Shown: positions 10,887 to 25,900, counted from the first letter of the stretch. The stretch: 64,000 bases of DNA from Octopus vulgaris (GCA_951406725.2 OX597827.1:65162001-65226000), one strand, 5' to 3'. The notes: generated by a model not told the origin, from the letters alone. Numbers and translations: made by a program.

Positions 10887-11488
10887 ATTTCATAGAGAAA
10901 AATATTGTTATGCACAGGCACCGACGCAGGTTAGAAAACTTGTAAAATGCAACTTCATAAAAGTACTCAATATTTTGAAAAACAAATACGTGAATTCAAA
11001 TAAGAAGTTAAGGTGTTGCTGCTACATCTTTTCAAAGAAAACATCCAAATTGTTTTATATAGGTCTTATATTTTACTGTAATGTATTTTTATTTTATAAA
11101 ACAAAAATAATGTATTAATTCAAAAAATAGTTATTTTTTAATCAATCAATTTTAACAATGCTTCCAGGTAGGGAATATTTTTTATAACAGGCAGTACGAA
11201 AAGAAAAAAAATCCAGAAAATGTTATAAGAATATGACCTTCTATTAGAATAGATGTACTTTTCTGAAGAATTCCTCAAGACTAGCAGCAAAATTGTAGCC
11301 TACAACATAAAACAGACATGTATTCACTAATGTGCAAGAATATATATCTATAAATGTTTTTCTGTCTGTCTGTGTGTCTGTTCGTATGTATGCACGTACG
11401 TATGTATATATGCAAGTTTGTGTATATGCACGTACGTATTTATATATAAGATTTATATATCGAGAGAGAGAGAGTGAAGAAGAAACTC

Positions 11489-11575
<87 letters not shown>

Positions 11576-11597
11576 GCATACATATATATACATACAG

Positions 11598-11632
<35 letters not shown>

Positions 11633-11717
11633 CATATTTATATCTATTGATATTTATTTACACTAGTAAGGCAACACAACCACATACGTACGCATACACA
11701 CACAGACACACACAAAT

Positions 11718-11789
<72 letters not shown>

Positions 11790-11862
11790 CATTGAAACAT
11801 GCACACACAGAAACATATATATATGTGTGTGTGTATGACTCTATGTACACGTATCAATAATG

Positions 11863-11906
<44 letters not shown>

Positions 11907-12633
11907 TATATATATATGCGTGTGTATGGAAGCATATCCATTTCCTTACTTCTTTTCGTCTCTCTTCCTTTGACAGAACGTAACAATGGAATTTTGAATT
12001 AAACAATTCTGCGGAAAATCCATAAACTATCCTGCTGAGATTCTTTTCATTTCAGGTTAAATGAATAGAAAAGAAAAACAGGAATTTATATCTGTTTATT
12101 CTTATATTTCTATAGAGCCCAGTATTTCGAAAGACATGGCTCCAGGCTTTGAAAAACGCTCATTATAATTTCCATGGAGATACACTGATTGATTATGCAA
12201 CAAGTTTATCAAAATTACATATTTCTACTCATTCTTTTTTAACTAAAATTTGAATTTCTTAACATTTTACTAAGGAAGTTGTACTTAGTCTTCCAAATTC
12301 AATACTTGTATTTTTTTAATAAATGTAGGGCATTACTTTAGATTTCTTTGTCAATATTAGTGTACTTAAAGACAAGCTCATGTTTAGGATTACACATATT
12401 GAATGTGTGGAGATGTTGATAACGTATAGACCATTTCTTCCTTGTAACATAAGGTGAGCAAACATCACCTAGGGGATGTTATTGAGAACCACATTGTCTT
12501 AGACATGGAATTAATTTCTATGAGATATGTTTTTCCGTTGCTGTTGTTGAAGTATTTCTGCTAGACACAATTCGTTGCATATGGCGTATATAATACTGAG
12601 AGAAAGAGTTATATATATAATACTGAGAGAAAG

Positions 12634-12689
<56 letters not shown>

Positions 12690-12924
12690 ACGTGTACGTG
12701 TATATTATCCGTACAACTCATAGTAAAGTGAATAAAATTAAAATAAGCAACAGGATATCAAGAGGTGATGCAGTGCGATTCCATTTAATTGAACGATACA
12801 ATCATTACATCAATTCAAATGCAGAGCTATCCTCAGCTGCATAAATAAATAGAATTTTTTATCAGTTGGACATATTAATATAATTTTACTCAAATTCTCC
12901 AATAGTGCAAGAGAAAGTAAAAGT

Positions 12925-13200
12925 CCAGATGTTTGCACTGTTCGAGTTATGCGAGGTGCTGGATGTGAGACTGACCATAATCTCATACACAGTAAATTGT
13001 AACTCCGCATCGGACGTAGAATAAGATCTGGAGGAATAAAAGTCCTTAAACGTATTGATCTGTTGAAATTAGAGGTCTCTACGGTGCAAGTGAATCTTAG
13101 AAATGCTATTGGAGATTCGATATTCGATGGAACTTCGGCTCAGTTTAAGACCACTATTTACAATGTTGGAATTGAGATTGTTGGTCTCAGATACAGATAT
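12925..13200 (+). pseudogene. RTE-clade LINE fragment (end of the APE endonuclease)
   Basis: Translation DVCTVRVMRGAGCETDHNLIHSKL*LRI...FKTTIYNVGIEIVG contains the TDH catalytic motif in an RTE/BovB-like context. Confidence 0.75.
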
Positions 13201-13513
13201 TTTTTGGAAGAAAGGAAGCGAATATATATGGAAAGGAAGAAAACGTAGATCCGCATGACCCGCCCTTGTTTTTTCCTGTCCTTTTTTGTGTCACATTCTG
13301 TCCGAATGTTTTATTGTCGCCTGTTACGTTCTTGTTCCATTTTTTGCTTCGATTTTTATATGTACCTATAGCGGCGTACGTACACTTGTTGTCTCCTGTA
13401 TGTATATATATATGATTCTATCTCCTGCCCAAGACGGCATGGGTGTTAGGTTTTTGCTGAAAATCCTCCTGATAAAAAATTCGTTGCATATGGCGTATAT
13501 AATAATGAGAGAA

Positions 13514-13630
<117 letters not shown>

Positions 13631-13711
13631 AATCTATCTATATGTTTGTTTTTCTGTCTATCTATCTAACTATCTATCTAGCTATCTATCTTTTTCTCTC
13701 TCGATATGTAC

Positions 13712-13762
<51 letters not shown>

Positions 13763-14250
13763 GTATATGTATATACATATATAAGTTAAAAACAGGATAA
13801 AACCTTTCTAAGTTGTGCTGAAAATCCTACACAAATGATGTGCTTAAAGTAATGAAATACATGTGGTGTACATTAGCTCAGTTCCTTGCTTAAATCGTCA
13901 TTGTCTGTACGGGTGTACAATTGTATCACACGTCAGATGTTCAGATGATTGCAAAAGCAACATCAGGTTTTACTCAAGTCCCCAACGCACAGACCGGTCC
14001 GAATATCCTACTCTCGATCTAGTGATTCTGAGTGCATCACGCGAAACACTAGTCTTCTCGCCTTTACACACATACACACACATACACATTCGCAGACGCA
14101 CAGACACACACACACACCAAAGCGCACGTACTCAAGCACACGCACACACACACACACACACACGCATTGATACAGGGTGAATTCCGGGTGGTTTGAGACT
14201 TTTTGCGAGAGGAGATTATAGCTGTTCTAGATTATTATATTTTTATCACT

Positions 14251-14639
14251 GGATGGAAGCACTCCGTCGGTTACGACGATGAGAATTCCGGTTAATCCGA
14301 ATCAACGGAACAGCCTGCTCGTGAAATTAACGTGTAAGTGGCTGAGCACTCCACAGACACGTGTACCCTTAACGTAGTTCTCGGGGATATTCAACGTGAC
14401 ACAGAGAGTGACAAGGCCGACCCTTTGAATATACAGGTACAACAGAAACAGGAAGTAAGAGTGAGAGAAAGTTGTGGTGAAAGAGTACAGCAGGGATCAC
14501 CACCATCCCCTGCCGGAGCCTCTTGGAGATTTAGGTGTTTTCACTCAATAAACACTCACAACGCCCGGTCTGGGAATCGAAACCGCGATCCTATGACCGC
14601 GAGTCCGCTGCCCTAACCACTGGGCCATTGCGCCTCCAC
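14251..14639 (-). mobile_element. tRNA-derived SINE, head S3 plus tail 1
   Basis: Head GGAGGCGCAATGGCCCAGTGGTTAGG...GGTTTCGATTCC. 12-bp TSD ATTTTTATCACT at 14239-14250 and 14640-14651. Confidence 0.9.
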
Positions 14640-15046
14640 ATTTTTATCACTATACTTATAATAAGCTGATCCACCAAAATTTATTATTCAAGATTGAAGG
14701 AAACGTCTGTAACTGCACTTTGAATTACTTTTCACAGCTGACCAAGCAGAATGCAGACAGGAGGAGACGACTGTGTGGATACTCGCAATTATTTTTGTAT
14801 TACATTGGGCAAAAAAAAAGAACAGAAAATGCTACGGAGACAAATGGAAACAGAAATGCTACTGGATGCTTATGGATTAAAGTGTAAGAGCTGGACATTA
14901 TTATTTTTGGTGGCACAAAATGTGCAAGGACACTAGAGAGAAGCTGAGAGACCATGAGAGTTGTGGGAGGGCGAGGAACGTTAGAATATCAGAACTGGTT
15001 GATAAAATTTACAAATTTCTGGCTGAAGACAGTTGTGAATCTATAT

Positions 15047-15357
15047 TTATTTATTTATGCGGCCTTTTCAAGCTTAGCTAGGCTCATGGGTCCGGTTTCC
15101 CGGTTTCTATGGCGTATGTGTTCCCCCAAGCTGGACGGGACGCCAGTCCATCGCAGCGTTACTCAAGAAACAGGAAGAGTGAGAGAAAGTTGGGGCGAAA
15201 GAGTACAACAGGGGTTCGACACCACCTCCCGCCGGAGCCTCGTGGAGGTTTTAGGAGTTTTCGCTCAATAAGCACAGACAACGCCCGGTCTGGGAATCGA
15301 AACCGCGATCCTCCGACCGCGAGTCCGCTGCCCTAACCACTGGGTCATTGCGCCTCC
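15047..15357 (-). mobile_element. SINE, head S3 plus tail 2
   Basis: Same head with a different tail (CTGCGATGGACTGGCGTCCCGTCCAG). TSD GTGAATCTATAT at 15035-15046 and 15358-15369. Confidence 0.9.
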
Positions 15358-15389
15358 GTGAATCTATATATGCAATAAATATACAGTTT

Positions 15390-16300
15390 AGAACCCGTTT
15401 GGTAAATTTACGCAACATTATTTATATGGATCTGAACGTGCGCAAAATTTGCACAAATTTCGATCGCAGGTGGTTCACTTTCGAACACAACCAAAGGCAT
15501 GTTGGTGGCAGCAGGAGTGTGGACGACTTCATTAGCTCCAATCCAATAGTAATAAGGTCTGCGGTGACTTGTGACGAAAGCCAGACCCACAGTTATGATC
15601 CAGATACCAAGATACCTATTTCTTTACTACCCACAAGGGGCTAAACACAGAGGGGACAAACAAGGACAGACAAACGGATTAAGTCGATTATATCGACCTC
15701 AGTGCGTAACTGGTACTTAATTTATTGACCCCGAAAGGATGAAAGGCAAAGTCGACCTCGGCGGAATTTGAACTCCGAACGTAGCGGCAGACGAAATACC
15801 TATTTCTTTATTACCCACAAGGGGCTAAACACAGAGGGGACAAACAAGGACAGACATAGGTATTAAGTCGATTACATCGACCCCAGTGCGTAACTGGTAC
15901 TTGATTTATCGACCCCGAAAGGATGAAAGGCAAAGTCGACCTCGGCGGAATTCGAACTCACAACGTAACACAGACGAAATACCGTTAAGCATTTCGCCCG
16001 GCGTGCTAACGTTTCTGCCAGCTCGCCGCCTTAAATACCAAGATACACTGTGCGAAGTAGAAGTATGCAGGACGTTCTAGACCCATGTAGGCTTGGTAAA
16101 GCAACTCCACAGGAACGCTCGTGATGATTCACTCTTTCCACAGCAAGGTCATCACGTACGTTTACTGGGGTTTCTCTGTACATTACATTAAGCAAACAGT
16201 ACGTTGTGGGAGATGAGGAAGAGATTTCGTCGCAAAAGGCCAGAGTTATTCCACTCGATTCGGGGACACGTGCAATAGGACTGTGCAACAAATCTACAGC
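15390..16300 (+). pseudogene. Mariner transposase remnant, interrupted by a SINE
   Basis: DLNVRKICTNF..W and AVTCDESQTHSYDPDTK (the VTxDExWxxxYDPETK motif). After the SINE the sequence continues to RKRFRRKRPELF. Confidence 0.75.
15616..16034 (-). mobile_element. SINE S2 with a tandemly duplicated 3' portion
   Basis: Head AAGGCGGCGAGCTGGCAGAAACGTTAGC and central GCCTTTCATCCTTTCGGGGTCGATAAA. The body and tail occur twice. TSD ATACCAAGATAC at 15604-15615 and 16035-16046. Confidence 0.9.
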
Positions 16301-16556
16301 TGCATTTTTCCTTCTCTCCTCGTCTTCATTTCTTTCTATATACACACACGCATGCACACACCACGCTTGCCCGCGCGCATATTGGCTCCGACACTGACAC
16401 AGACACAGACACACAACAAGATATGTTAGAACGTACCCTTGAACAATAGTCATATATAAATAGAACAGAGAGATAGCTGCAAAAACAAAATGAAATGCAC
16501 TTATAATCTAGGCAGACCCCATCTTCTGCTTTAAACAAAAAATATTCCATGTCTGT

Positions 16557-16646
<90 letters not shown>

Positions 16647-16761
16647 GTCTGTCTATCTGTTTGTTTGTGTGTCTATCTATCTAACTATCTATCTAGCTAT
16701 CTATCTTTCTCTCTCTCGATATGTACTTTATATACATATACATACATACATACATACATAC

Positions 16762-16805
<44 letters not shown>

Positions 16806-17024
16806 GTATATGTATATACATATATAATTTAAAAACAGGATAAAACCTTTCTAAGAAATTATCAAGTAGTTAACGCGAAAAGCCTCATAAAGAAAAAAAT
16901 TATTAATTTTCCCTTTAAATATATTTATTTATATAAAGGGCATTACTATACATAAATGCCTCACCCTAGGAGGGACTCAGTCAAACTTACCACAATAAAT
17001 ATATATATAAAATAAAGAGAGAGT

Positions 17025-17067
<43 letters not shown>

Positions 17068-17071
<4 letters not shown>

Positions 17072-17265
17072 ATCCAAACAAGAAAACACAAAAAAACACA
17101 GCAACGAGAGGACGTGGAACAAATAAAGTATTATTGGACGCTCAGGAAAGAAAGGAAGATGGAGGGTTTAACGTTTCGAGCGGAGCTCTTCGTCGGAAAC
17201 AAAGGAGAAAGAAAGATCCCGAGAAGAGAAGACAAAGAATTGCTGGCGGTGCTCACGAGGTCACA
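17068..17265 (-). mobile_element. Solo family-C pLTR cassette with a hammerhead-like motif (17166-17200)
   Basis: Reverse complement GTTT-CCGACGA-A-GAGC(TCC)GCTC-GAAACGTT-AAAC. Abuts (TA)n. Confidence 0.75.
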
Positions 17266-17276
17266 TGTTGAAATCT

Positions 17277-17420
17277 TTGTTTCCTTTCGTTGTTTCAGTC
17301 ATTTGACTGCGGCCATATTCGTTGTGAGCCTAGTACTCATTGTATCGGTATCTTACACCGAACTGCTAAGAAACAGGGACATAAACACACCATCAACGGT
17401 TGTCAAACGATGGGGGAAGG
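17277..17420 (-). mobile_element. SINE S1, 3' fragment
   Basis: TGTTTCAGTCATTTGACTGCGGCCAT tail. Confidence 0.7.
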
Positions 17421-17441
17421 GAAACACATGCATAAGCACAC

Positions 17442-17512
<71 letters not shown>

Positions 17513-17552
17513 AATCTATCTATCTATATATCTATTTATCTATATATCTATC

Positions 17553-17589
<37 letters not shown>

Positions 17590-17987
17590 ATGTGTGTGTG
17601 TGTATGTATATATATATTTATATACATGTCTATATATATGCATATTTATGAGTGTGTGTATGTGAATTAGTTGACATGCGTTTATTTACATATACGTAAA
17701 TACATTAATACATATATCCATATAAATGTATACTTGTGTATATATCTATATTTAATAAATATGTGTCCGTATACACGTTTGTGCAGAATTGTCTACACAA
17801 AACAAACTGGCCCGCGAGGACATGCAGCACAGACACAAATGCACACACACACACACACAACACACATACATACACACATACACACACATATACATATTAT
17901 TCAAAATTAATTTTGTAGAGAGATTGAAACGAAACTATTTATCAAATCGCTTTCAAATGTGATTATAAAAGAGCCATTTAAGATCAC

Positions 17988-18025
17988 CAGAGGCATTTAA
18001 CATATTAATATGTTAAATGCCTCTG
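17988..18025. repeat. Perfect 38-bp palindrome
   Basis: CAGAGGCATTTAACATATT|AATATGTTAAATGCCTCTG. Confidence 0.95.
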
Positions 18026-18420
18026 AGTCTTTTTAGTCTTAAAGACCTTCAGGTGAAACCTATATTCATTTTCAATGAAAGTTATACTTTAACATTGGGA
18101 AATAACGGATATTGATATTTTTGTTGTATGAATCCTTATGTATGTGTGTGTGTGTACACATTATTTTTATCATGTATCTATCTATCTATCTAAATTTCTA
18201 TCTATCTGCCTATCTACACATACACGCACATACACATACATGCATATACATATATCTCTATTATATATACACATATGTGTGAATATTTCATATATATTGG
18301 GAATATAAATATTTGTATACATACACGCATGTATGCGCCTAGGCTTATACACACAGACACACACATATATATATGTATGTCTATACGTTCACTTATACTT
18401 ATACATACATGCATATATAC

Positions 18421-18472
<52 letters not shown>

Positions 18473-20115
18473 AAAATGGGACAAGAACGCAAAACATCCA
18501 AATAGACGACACAAAAAATGGACGGGTCATTCGAAGTCTCTAATCTTCAGTCAAGAACCGGATCATCCTCGCAATTTCGGCTGATTAATCTTGAGATTGC
18601 TCAGATCCGGCCAGCCCCAAGGAAAAACTATTCTACGAGCATTAGATTTCTTGGGAAATGGATCGAATGTATACGAAACAAGGACAGAAAAACGGACGAT
18701 GCCACTCGAATATAAATACAAAAAACAATAATAATAATAACTGGACAAAACAACGGGTGCCTTACGACTTTAGACAGTTCACCTTAGCTTAGCTGGCGTA
18801 TTTGGAAAATAATGCCTTACGGCAGACGAAGAAAACGATGTTGTATATTTGCTATTCAGAATTCATGTTCCCGTTCGTCGGACAGTTTAGATTGAGAATA
18901 TATATCAAGAATATTGATAACTGAGAGCGAACCCGCAATCGTGCTGGTGTAATCTTTTGCTATTTATACAAACACACACATACACACACGTACACTCATA
19001 CACACACACACATACACACGTACACACAAACATACTCACATATATATGTATCTAAATATGTACATGTATTGAATTCCGTATGTCAAACCCTAACCATGGA
19101 CACATTTTTTAATTCCCTGTCAAACAATCGTGGACATGCTGACAAAATCAGAAAATACAACACAGCAACCTGACTTTCTGAAAACATGTTTTCACGCTCA
19201 GAATAGTGCTTAACTGGTATTTATTTTAACAACCTCGAAAAGGTTATTTGAACTAAGAACGTAAAGCCGGCGCTAAACGTAGCAAAGCGTTTTTCTGGCG
19301 TTCTTACGACACTGTCAGTTCATCGTCTTAAGGGGACACAAGAATAATGCAAATAACCCACCTCCAAAAAAAAAATCGATAATATGGTATTCTAAATTGT
19401 AAAATCTTTCTTCAAAATACCAGGTAAACATGGTTAATCCAAATACACGTCTTCAAATAGTTACATCTACTTCAGTTGTTTCTCAAATTTCGGAGATGTA
19501 AATTATCTGGCCAAGTCATTTGATCTGAGATTTTACACTGAAATTGAAAGAATTACGTCTTCGAAGTCTCGTTTTACTCATTTAAGAACACACAATAAAC
19601 AGTTATATTTCACTTTCCGACATTAAGCTGTTCTATTAAGACAGAAATAAACGAAAATTGAATGTAACAGTTTGAGTAAGTTCCTAAATGACTAAAAATG
19701 TCTCTTCTTTGTAGTAATTGTCTCTCAAATTTTAACGTAATATTCACAAAGGTGGCGTTGTAAAATTACTAATGACTGAAATTAGTATAGACTTAATATC
19801 TGTAACTTGAGAATTTAGCTTATAAATATGTTTCCATTAGATGGCTCGCACATGTCTCCCACATAAAACGCTAGAATTTGTGTGTTCCGTTTCCTATACG
19901 TACGCAATATATGGGAATACGCTGGTCGTTACTCTACACCGTTATTAATTTCTTAAATATCAACTGTAAGATAAGCGAATGGTTTCTTTTCTGCAAAGCA
20001 TCAAAACCTTTTTAAATATATCAAATTACATAAACAGCGTATTATATAGTAAGCCGTTATATACATACATACATACATACATACACAAATAAACATATAC
20101 ATATATGTGTGTATG

Positions 20116-20147
<32 letters not shown>

Positions 20148-20234
20148 CATACATACATATATACATACACATACTTACATACACATATAAATATATACAG
20201 ATATGTGTGTATATATATGTACATACACATACAT

Positions 20235-20267
<33 letters not shown>

Positions 20268-20404
20268 CATGCATATATACATGCACACATACGTACGCAT
20301 ATATACAAACACACACAAATATGATCTCAGTATAAATAAGTATACTTTGTTCTCCCATATATTTCATAAATCTCTTATGGTATTTTATCTTATGCATAAA
20401 ATAT

Positions 20405-20440
<36 letters not shown>

Positions 20441-20448
<8 letters not shown>

Positions 20449-20496
20449 GAAGGAGCTTCTACAGTACTAGTCCTGTAGAAGCTCCTTCTATATAAT
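20441..20496. repeat. 56-bp palindrome with one mismatched pair, next to (TA)n
   Basis: 24-bp arms ATTATATAGAAGGAGCTTCTACAG and CTGTAGAAGCTCCTTCTATATAAT surround tACTAGTc. Confidence 0.9.
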
Positions 20497-20566
20497 AAAT
20501 TAATTTTACTCTGCTATGTATTGAGTACCTTACTTACTGTGGTTAACCCCGAATCAACCCGGGACC

Positions 20567-20667
<101 letters not shown>

Positions 20668-20746
20668 GTTTTGTTACGCATTTATATATGTATTCATGTG
20701 TATGCATATATGTATGTGTGTGTTTATGTATATTCATATATGTATA

Positions 20747-20788
<42 letters not shown>

Positions 20789-20906
20789 TAAATTAAGAGC
20801 TGTGATATTTCTACGAATAAATATTTTACATATTGTGATCATTATTTGATAAAGAAATCAATGGACAGCGGATACATATATTTAGTGTATTAATATTTGA
20901 CAGTCT

Positions 20907-21131
20907 AAGGCGGTGAGCTGGCAGAAACTTTAGCACGCCGGGCGAAAATGCTTAGCAGTATTTCGTCTGCCGCTACGTTCTGAGTTCAAATTTCGCCGAG
21001 GTCGACTTTGCCTTTAATCCTTTCGGGTTCGATTAAACAAGTACCAGTCACACACTAGGGTCTATGTAATCGACTTATTTTCTTTGTCTGTCCCCCTCTA
21101 TGTTTAGCCTCCTGTGGGCGATAAAGGAATA
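20907..21131 (+). mobile_element. SINE S2
   Basis: AAGGCGGTGAGCTGGCAGAAAC head, GAGTTCAAAT B box and S2 tail. Confidence 0.85.
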
Positions 21132-21246
21132 AATATATATTTATTGAGAATCCTCTGATATTAAATAAAGTGTTAAACGTTGGTTGTATGCGGATTAGTA
21201 GCACCAGTTCTCCAGAGCTACAAGATTTGATGAATATATAAGCGGG

Positions 21247-21541
21247 GATGGCCTAGTGGTTAGGGCAGCGGACTCGCGGTCGTAGGATCGCGGTTTCCAT
21301 TCCCAGACCGGGTGTTGTGAGTGTTTATTGAGCGAAAACACCTAAAAGCTCAACGAAGCTCCGGCAGTGGGTGTTGATCCCTGCTGTACTCTTTCACCAC
21401 TCTTTCTCTCACTCTTTCTTCTGTTGGCCTGCTCGCTTAGCCAGCGGGGTGGCGTCATTCGAAGGCTAAAACAATGCGAACGCATTGTGACCAGCGATGT
21501 GTAGCAACATCTGATGGTCTGGTCGGTCACGTGATCACGTG
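21247..21541 (+). mobile_element. SINE, head S3 plus tail 3
   Basis: Tail ends in GGTCACGTGATCACGTG. TSD ATAAGCGGG at 21238-21246 and 21542-21550. Confidence 0.9.
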
Positions 21542-22635
21542 ATAAGCGGGAATCTAGGATTGGTTTGATGAATGTGTACACATTTAATGATATTCAAATA
21601 AGGGTCGAAAATTGATAAAGTCCGTAGGTCAATAGCTTTTAGTTAACAGAAAAATAGGTAAATTTGACATAGGTTTACGTAGATTAGCAGTGGAATTCTT
21701 GAGGCGTGGAGAACACAACGGCGACTGTCCAGTAAACTTGTATCTTAGAACAGCATTGCGTTTACAAGCACAGACGAAGCCAGTTGGACGCATCTACGAA
21801 ATCACCTTCACCTCGGATCCTATTGTCTTCAAATGAACGGATACAGCAGAAATAATAGATAGCGAAATTACAAGAGGAAACCAACAGGACGTTCACAGCT
21901 GGAAAGCGATTGTCCATAGGCTTTTTCGATCACAGCACTCCGATGGCTAAACGACGACGACAACAGACAACTTTGTGACCATAAATCGATATTATACTAT
22001 ACTTTAACCATCCTTAGTGTTTGCTACGAAGGCCTGTTTAGACCTGTTAATTTTGTCTCAATTTGTCTCCCCCCACCCACCCTCGCCTGCTTTCCGTCCT
22101 CTTCGTTTTGCCACTGTCCCTGCTTTCCGTCTGCCTCGTTTTGCCACTCTCAAGTTTCTTGGACTACTTGCTGTGATTGTAGTCGTAGGAAATTGTTCGT
22201 CTCTTTCAATTAAATATAACTGAGAAACACTTCAAGGGGTGAAACACGCATCATTTAATTTTATCTTGTTATTTATTAGGTCTTTTTACGCTATATATCC
22301 TATGGCAGTAATCACAGTGTTGCACAACACAAGCAGACACGCACACACCCACACGCAGACAGACAGACACACACAGAGACACACACACAGACACACACAC
22401 ACACACAAATGCTCATATATACATATACGCACATGCAGACAAGAGATAAACATACACACACACGTCCGGTTATCTACAGGAATATGTGTATACGTGAATT
22501 TATCCTACGCATCTGTACACACACACACACACACACATACACATATATATATATTTGTGTGTGTATGTGCATAGGGATATGAATATATGTATATATATAT
22601 AAATGTGTGTGTTTGTATGTGCATAGGCATATGTA

Positions 22636-22676
<41 letters not shown>

Positions 22677-22680
22677 TTAT

Positions 22681-22727
<47 letters not shown>

Positions 22728-22876
22728 GTATTTATACAGATGCATATAAATGTATGTAAGTGAATATATATGTATGTATATACATGTGTATATATCTATA
22801 TCTATATCTAAATATATATATATATAGATATAGAAATATATATATATAGATATATGTACAAACATATATATATATA

Positions 22877-22927
<51 letters not shown>

Positions 22928-22994
22928 ATGTATGCATTCTTGTTTTGTGTGTGGAGTCACCATTCGTCCTGATAACTCAATAAACTACCATGAG

Positions 22995-23065
22995 GCAGAG
23001 ATTAAATACACAGTGTGTGGGAAAATCTATTTAATCGAGACTGGCAGACATATAAAGAATGGTAA
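22995..23065 (+). pseudogene. Possible degenerate GIY-YIG fragment
   Basis: IKYTVCGKIYLIETGRHIK resembles IxCxxCGKxYIGETGR. Confidence 0.4.
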
Positions 23066-23592
23066 GATGGCACCAGTTTCAGGCAATATTGCTACTGGCT
23101 ATTGGGAAAGTGGATGTTTACATATAATTCAAATTTATGTCTTCCTTTTCATATAATTTACTGACTTAATATGCATTAAGCATTGATGTTAAATTTACGA
23201 TCATTGACTCATAGATTTAACATATAGTGAATAGTCGCATCTGTCTTTCTCCCTGTTCCCTATCTCTGTCTCTCTGTCTCTCTGTCGCTCTCTCTCTCTC
23301 TCCCTCGCGGTGTATAAATGTTTGTAGGTATATACGTATTTATGTATATATGTATATATGTTTACATATATGTGTCTGTGCATGCATGTTTTTATGTATA
23401 TGTATACAGGAGCATAGACACATATATATATAAGCATATATATTGACGTATATATGTATTTTTATATCTGTGTGTGTGTGTGTATGTATTTATGGATGTA
23501 AATGTATATGTACATACATCTATAGAATTACATACGTGTAGTGTATACGTACGATTGTACACAAACTCGTACTCAGGCGTCCACACCCATGA

Positions 23593-23670
<78 letters not shown>

Positions 23671-23709
23671 CTGCAGCATAGCCACAGTCAAACGACTGAA
23701 ACAAGACTT

Positions 23710-23799
<90 letters not shown>

Positions 23800-24261
23800 C
23801 ATGATGCCTATTGTCTAAGCAATGTATACACTGACTGAATGATTACAAAGGCAGTCTCTATTAAAATACTATTGATTTTCAAAATTTCATAGATTCTATA
23901 GCTATAAATTTTATCTTCTTTATGAACATTTGTTTTCATACTGAAGCCGTTCGGATCCAGATACGCTTATTACATGAAGCAATGGTTTGCAAATATCAAG
24001 AAACTTTTCCTTCCGTATTTGTGCACCTTCTTGTTCAATAACTGTCCTAAACTTGTCGGCTATTGACTATTTTACACCATAAAACTTTAGCTTTGCAGTA
24101 TCACCATAATAATGCTCTGTGCTGTGAGGTCCGTTGAATACAGTGTACTTTCTCTAGATCTGTTTGAAAACCTGTCTGAAAAAAGCTCAATGTAGGGCCG
24201 TACGTTTCTTTGATAGTATGGTGAATAACAGCTGTCTGGCAATAAAAGTGTACACCACCAA

Positions 24262-24304
<43 letters not shown>

Positions 24305-24353
24305 ATACATATATAGGGTGGCCTAGCATGTATAAATGGTCAATAGACAACAT

Positions 24354-24708
24354 ATTCTTATTTTAAAGTAGTGTACATTTAAACACAAGAGAAAACTACC
24401 ATTTAACATGTAATTTTTATATGCTAGAAGAAGCAACCAAAACGGCCAAAATCACAATTTTCGAAGATGAAAAATAAAAACTTTTACCTTGTTATTATTT
24501 TGCGGTTATACCATGGTTTCAAATTTCTTTACAAATAATATTATCTGCCACCAATAACAAGGTAAAAGTTTTTATGTTTCATCTCCTTTGAAAATTGCTA
24601 TTAAATCGTGGTTTTGGCCGTCTTGGCTGCTTCTTCTAGCATGTAAAAATTACCTGTTAAAGGGTAGTTTTTTCTTGTGTTTAAATGTTCACTATTTTAA
24701 AAGAAGTA
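24354..24708. mobile_element. Fold-back or MITE-like element with about 145-bp imperfect inverted arms
   Basis: 24354-24496 is the reverse complement of about 24553-24708, with a spacer of about 55 bp. Confidence 0.8.
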
Positions 24709-24709
24709 C

Positions 24710-24760
<51 letters not shown>

Positions 24761-25615
24761 TAAGCTCCTCGTAGTGTGTAAAATCAGGATATTTCCAGAG
24801 AAGCACTCATCCCGAATACTAGGCTATGAAAACTTTCGGTTTCCAAGGCAATTCTTTAGGTAGACTACATACAAAGAGTAAAATGAGTTTGGCGAAGAGT
24901 ACAGAAACAATTGTAGCAAATCATTTGAAATGCGTTAAGAATCATCTTTGTCGTCTTCTCTTTATTTGGACACACACAGACACACACCAGTACACATACA
25001 AATACAGACACACACACACTCACGTATGTATTTATATAGCACCGTGGAATTGATATATGTGTGTGTGCATACACATGTACATATATAAGCATGCATATAT
25101 GTATAATGCATATATGTATAATATACAGATATATGTATATAAAAATATATATACACATACTTATGTATATGTGTGTGTGTCTGATTTTGAGATACTCTGC
25201 AGAGATAAAGCCAAAGTAGAGAAAGACAAATAAAGAAAAGACGCGTATATCATTGGACATAGTATTTACCCCAAAATGGAACACAGAAAAATATCTTTAA
25301 TAAATAATAATTAAGTAAAGAGAACATCAATATATTATTTAATTATGAGACAACGAAATGCGTTTTTTTTTTTCTCTTCGTTATCACCTCTAGAATGGCT
25401 CATATTAAATTACGTCAAATGAACGTGAACACAGAATCATACCTATGATTACGCATGCGTAGGTATTTACATATGCGTACAAAACCACGCCAATATACAT
25501 ATTCAAACTTATATAAGTTTGTGTGCGTGTACATACATATATACTTATACATAAATACATACACATGTACACAACATACACACATACTTATGTAAAGTAC
25601 AGTGTACATATATAC

Positions 25616-25651
<36 letters not shown>

Positions 25652-25750
25652 ATGTATCTAACTGTATGTACGTGCATGTGTGTATAAACCTATACACATG
25701 TGAGTTGTGTCTGTACATATATACATAATAATAATAATAATATGATTAAC

Positions 25751-25811
<61 letters not shown>

Positions 25812-25900
25812 TATATATACATATATATTTATATACATATATATACGTTATATATGAATAATATGATTAATGTGTGTATATATATATACGTTATTTGTCT

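Noticed and set aside
14560-14640. tRNA-like sequences here and at other SINE heads
   Set aside because: They have A and B boxes but continue into SINE bodies bounded by TSDs, so they are not tRNA genes.
14735-15030. Possible LINE 3' remnant
   Set aside because: No unambiguous motif could be read.
21700-21970. Possible RTE-like 3' end with an (ACG)n tail
   Set aside because: Too degenerate to assign.
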